Virus record (IMG/VR): IMGVR_UViG_2740892488_000014
DNA: 30,859 bases
DNA from: a virus
Lineage: Duplodnaviria > Heunggongvirae > Uroviricota > Caudoviricetes
Reading direction: 5' to 3' (one strand)
Shown here: piece by piece, positions 27,381-30,859 of the stretch
How positions within the stretch are numbered: position 1 is the first letter of the stretch
Layout: each line of letters opens with the position of its first letter
Made by a program: the position numbers and the translations under genes
The notes under the pieces: model-generated
Seen by the model: only the letters and a program-made list of their open reading frames with translations
Database searches by the model: none
Told to the model about the DNA's origin: nothing

Positions 27381-28997
27381 AACGCAGGTTGTATTCGGTG
27401 GGCGAATAGACCCGTCGTTTCGTCGCGGTACAACAGAACTCAATGATGCGATTCGGCAGACGTCGTCTACTGTCGGGAAATTAACGAAAAGTCAGGATAA
27501 ATTAAAAGACAAAATCGCAGCAATGAAACTGGCAGGTAAAGACGTTTCTGATTTATCTGCTCAGTATCAAAAGCTGGACCGTCGAATAAAAGCGACAACG
27601 CAGGACCAGGAGGCGCTGAATACTCAACTTGCTAAAAAACAGCGGCTGGAGAAGTGGACGGGTCGCGCAAAAGGAGCTGCAAAATGGGGCGGACGAGCCG
27701 CCGCAGGTGCGGTGAGGGCTACGGGGCGGGGTATCAAATGGGGGACACTTGGCGCGGCAGGGCTCATTGGCGGTGCTGCAGCTGGTGCGCTGGCAATGAA
27801 TGCAGAGACGTCAGAAAAACTCGGTCTGGCGAAGTCCTACGGCGTTGGCGTCGAAAAATACGCTGCGTGGGAAAATATTGGTAAAGCCGCGGGCCTGAAC
27901 GGCGAAAATATCGGGGATTTGTCTGAAGAACTTACAAATAAAATCGGCGAAATCGGAAACGAAAAAAGCCTGAATCCCATGTTATTTCAAATTGGCCTGA
28001 CGAAAAAACGAATGGCTGGCTGGGATCGGGAAAAACAGTTTAATGAGGTTATGCGTCGCATCTCTGAAATGAAAGATGAGAAGCAAGCGGCGAGCCTCGC
28101 TGACCAGCTCATGGGGGGCGAGGCTAATAAGATCATGACGTATATGAAGGCGACGGGTAAAAGCTGGGAACAGACAATGTCTGACGCGCAAAAGTCGAAT
28201 TTGTTAACAAAAGAGGGTGCGGAAGGGGCGGCGCGTGCGCATGTATCAGTGACAAATCTGTGGGGCTCTATTACGTCGGGACTTGCAGATACACTCGGTA
28301 AAATCGGGGGGGAACTCGCGCCGACGTTTGACTCAGTACGTGAAACATTTACATCCTGGTTTAAGGATAATCAGGGTGGTTTTGTCAGCACAATTACTGA
28401 GTGGGTAAAACCAGAAAATATGAAAAAATGTGGGATGGCATCGTCAATTTTGGAGAAGGTTGCGTCAAATTCGGGAAGATTATATGGGCTGTCGTAAAGA
28501 AACTGGAGTGGCTTATTCCGGATGAAAAATCAGATGAAGAACAGAAAACTTATAATGACGAATATAATCGGGCATATCAAGAGTTTATGGATTCGGGAGG
28601 TAAATATTCACCGAACGCTGGATTGACTGCTGATAATATTGCGAAGGCAAAAGCCGAAGAGGCTGTCGAAAATATGCGGCATCCAGAACGGCAAGAACAG
28701 GCAAAATCTCAGGCAGAATCAATGCTCGCGTTTGTTAATCCATTATCCGGGATGGTAAATAAAAATACCGCGCCTGCAGCACTGGATTCGTCGACGTTAA
28801 ATATTGATACGTTGAAGCAGGCAGTCTCGACACCTGCGCCGGAGCAAAACAATAAAATCGAAATCAATATTGTCGGTGCGACAGATCCGCAGTCAATACA
28901 ACAATCTGCAGCGTCGGGGGTGCTCGATGGACTGAGACAGGCTGCGAGTTCGTACAATCGTGGCGCGATGTTTGATAAACCAGCTGCGGCGGGGTGA
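27358..28997 (+). CDS. Tail tape-measure protein (~546 aa, short for a P2-like tail); frameshifted at an A6 run (~28423-28428)
   Basis: It has an N-terminal coiled-coil region and Gly/Ala-rich hydrophobic segments, and sits between E/E' and U. ORFs 27358..28497 and 28401..28997 join as ...ENMKK|MWDGIVNFG... if A6 is read as A7. Confidence 0.85.
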
Positions 28998-29422
28998 CAA
29001 TGAGTGATGCAATAAACGGTGCTGAGGATATCATGCTCGGCCTGGGTGATTTCATTTTTGCTATATCAACAGTAGCGTACAACAAACTGCAACGTAGTGA
29101 CGCCTGGCGCTGGGCTCAGCAAACACGATTCGGGAAAAACGACGCGTTGCAGATAACCGGACGACCGAACCCCACAATTACTATCGATGGAAAGATAAAC
29201 GCTTTATTTCTTGACGGGTGCGGCGTCGGCCTGTTGACAGATTTGCGAGCGCTCGGGAACACGGGAGAACCCCAGCAGCTAGTGCTGGGGACCGGGGAGG
29301 TGAAAGGGTACTGGGTGCTGCGAGAACTAACTGAAACGCAAAACAGCTTTTTGATGGGCGGAACACCTAAATCGCAGGACTTTTCACTCACGCTCGAATA
29401 TTATGGAGCTTCGCTAGATTAA
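28994..29422 (+). CDS. Tail protein, P2 gpU-like, 142 aa
   Basis: Collinear with P2 U (...LG.F.F........YQ.LQR...WR.......G......G...D.I...G......GG......L...A..G....L..G.G...G.FVI..I.ET.S.F...G.P....F.L.L). Confidence 0.85.
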   Translation: MTMSDAINGAEDIMLGLGDFIFAISTVAYNKLQRSDAWRWAQQTRFGKNDALQITGRPNPTITIDGKINALFLDGCGVGLLTDLRALGNTGEPQQLVLGTGEVKGYWVLRELTETQNSFLMGGTPKSQDFSLTLEYYGASLD

Positions 29423-29597
29423 TACAAAATCAAGCGCTACCAGAGCACTTAACAAGTATAAAAATAATAAAAAAAAACTACGAACATAAATGTAAAACAA
29501 CCTGATGGTATTTTTTTTTGACGCCGAAATACTAATACCTCTCCGACTACTAAAATTAATTCTCATTATGAAATCCTTTTAATTAATGGGGCCCCAA

Positions 29598-29811
29598 ATG
29601 ATTACATACACTACACGGGACGGTGACCGTCTCGATCAGATCTGCCTTGCGGTCTACGGGAGAGCGTCAAAAACGACAGAGACTGTTTTATATCAGGTTT
29701 CGAATTACGGCGTAACGGATATGTGTGCCGTGTTTCGTGCTGGAGAAAAAAATTGTTTTACCAGATATCGAACCAGAGCCGGTTAAAAAAGAAACGCAAT
29801 TATGGGATTGA
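29598..29811 (+). CDS. Tail protein X-like (LysM-like), ~71 aa; frameshifted at an A7 run (~29746-29752)
   Basis: MITYTTRDGDRLDQICLAVYGR....ETVL matches P2 X (M.TF.LQGDTLDAICVRYYGRTEGVVETVL). A7 read as A6 continues ...AGEKIVLPDIEPEPVKKETQLWD*, like the P2 X C-terminus ...GTAVELPDVQTAPVAETVNLWE. Confidence 0.75.
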
Positions 29812-29814
29812 TGA

Positions 29815-30859
29815 ATGAGTGATTACGTAAATACTGGCGTGGAGGCGTGGAAACCTAATTTTTATATATCTGCTGATAATAAAAACATCACGGATAAAAT
29901 AAGAAAAGGTTTGATCAATATCACGCTGACAGATTACGGCGGCTCCAGTAAACAGACAGACGAACTCCGCGTAGCAATAGTTTCTGAAACTCTGAAAATT
30001 CCGGCCCGCGGAGTAAAAATCAGTATTGGGCTCGGTTTCGGTAATCAGATAATTGATAAAGGGATATACATCGTTGACGGTGCTAGCAGTGGCGGTGAAC
30101 CCCGGGTAGTTGATTTCACAGCAAAAGCGGCTCCGATGAACGCAGCAAAAGGATCTCCGACAGTTCAGAGCAAAAAGACTCGTTCCTGGAGCGACGTCAC
30201 TGTCAGCGATATCGTTGCGACAATAGCGAGCGATAATGGGCTAAAACCACGCGTATCAAAGCGGTTTGCAGACAATGTTATCACGCAACTCGATCAGGTC
30301 GGCGAGTCAGATATGCACCTGATGTCGCGGCTCGCAACGAGATTCGATGCGGTGAGTAAACCCGCGGGCGGGTACTGGATATTCCTGCCGCGCGGCGCGG
30401 GCGAATCTGTTAGCGGTGCTCCGCTCCAGCACTACACGCTAACTCGTCGTGATAACTCCAGCTGGGGCTATTCGAGAAATGGACAAAGTGGCGATAGTGG
30501 TAGCGGTGGCGAAAATCCGGAACCGACGTATCTGATTAAATATCACGACACAGCAACTGGGCAGATCAAAGAATTGCGGACAAGGTAGTGGCGGCGATCC
30601 TGTCATTGAATGGCCGGCAGTTGAGCCGTCGCTCGACGCAGCGAAAGAAGCTGCACCAGGGCTCAAGGGCGGTGCAGCTAAAAAAGAGTTCTCTATGACG
30701 TACACGACGCCAGCGACGCTCGATTTAGTGTCGCTGACAGCAGAATGCAAAGTCACAACTCAAGGTTTCGGGACCGAGGAGGACCGGGACTGGACTATCA
30801 ACACACTGAGTCTGACGCTCGCTGAAAACGGTTTTTCGGTTCGGCTGTCTCTGGAGTAA
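29815..30859 (+). CDS. Tail protein D-like (P2 gpD / Mu gpN DNA-circulation family), ~348 aa; frameshifted near 30555-30586, not in a long homopolymer
   Basis: ORF 29815..30588 matches P2 D through most of its length. The +1 frame from 30536 to the TAA at 30857-30859 gives the conserved D C-terminus (...GFGTEEDRDWTINTLSLTLAENGFSVRLSLE). Confidence 0.85.

Overview
This looks like an enterobacterial chromosomal accessory region, judging by an IS911-like end, a YbcO homologue, a canonical E. coli-type LexA box and a mix of lambda-like and P2-like phage genes.

Left ~7.6 kb:
- The 3' end of an IS911-like (IS3 family) element: an OrfB fragment and the right inverted repeat (IRR).
- A ~2 kb AT-rich island of roughly 30% GC containing only small, fragmented ORFs.
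- A minus-strand cassette of a small HTH-like protein, an ImmA/IrrE-type HEXXH Zn-metallopeptidase and a 2-TM membrane protein.
- An unknown 213-aa gene.
- A complete 1.9-kb ISL3-family insertion sequence carrying a transposase and a ClbS/DfsB-like passenger gene, flanked by an 8-bp target duplication ATAAATAT. It has inserted exactly into the centre of a canonical LexA (SOS) box that overlaps the -10 of a rightward promoter.

Right ~23 kb is the late region of a mosaic prophage:
- nin-region genes (a NinB/DUF1367-like protein and a YbcO/DUF1364-like protein), antiterminator Q, a PR'/tR'-like late promoter region and a lysis cassette.
- A lambda-like packaging/head module: TerS, TerL (gpA-like), W, portal B, protease/scaffold C, decoration D, major capsid E, FI and FII.
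- A P2/Mu-like contractile-tail module: V, W, J, I, tail fibre H plus chaperone, sheath, tube, E/E', tape measure, U, X and D. The window ends at the D stop.

No integrase, repressor or replication genes are present. At least 11 genes are broken by single-nucleotide frameshifts. Ten of these sit in homopolymer runs of 6 nt or more, which fits a systematic sequencing or assembly indel profile better than independent pseudogenisation. I read coordinates from the printed sequence; outside the ORF-track values they may be off by 1-2 nt.
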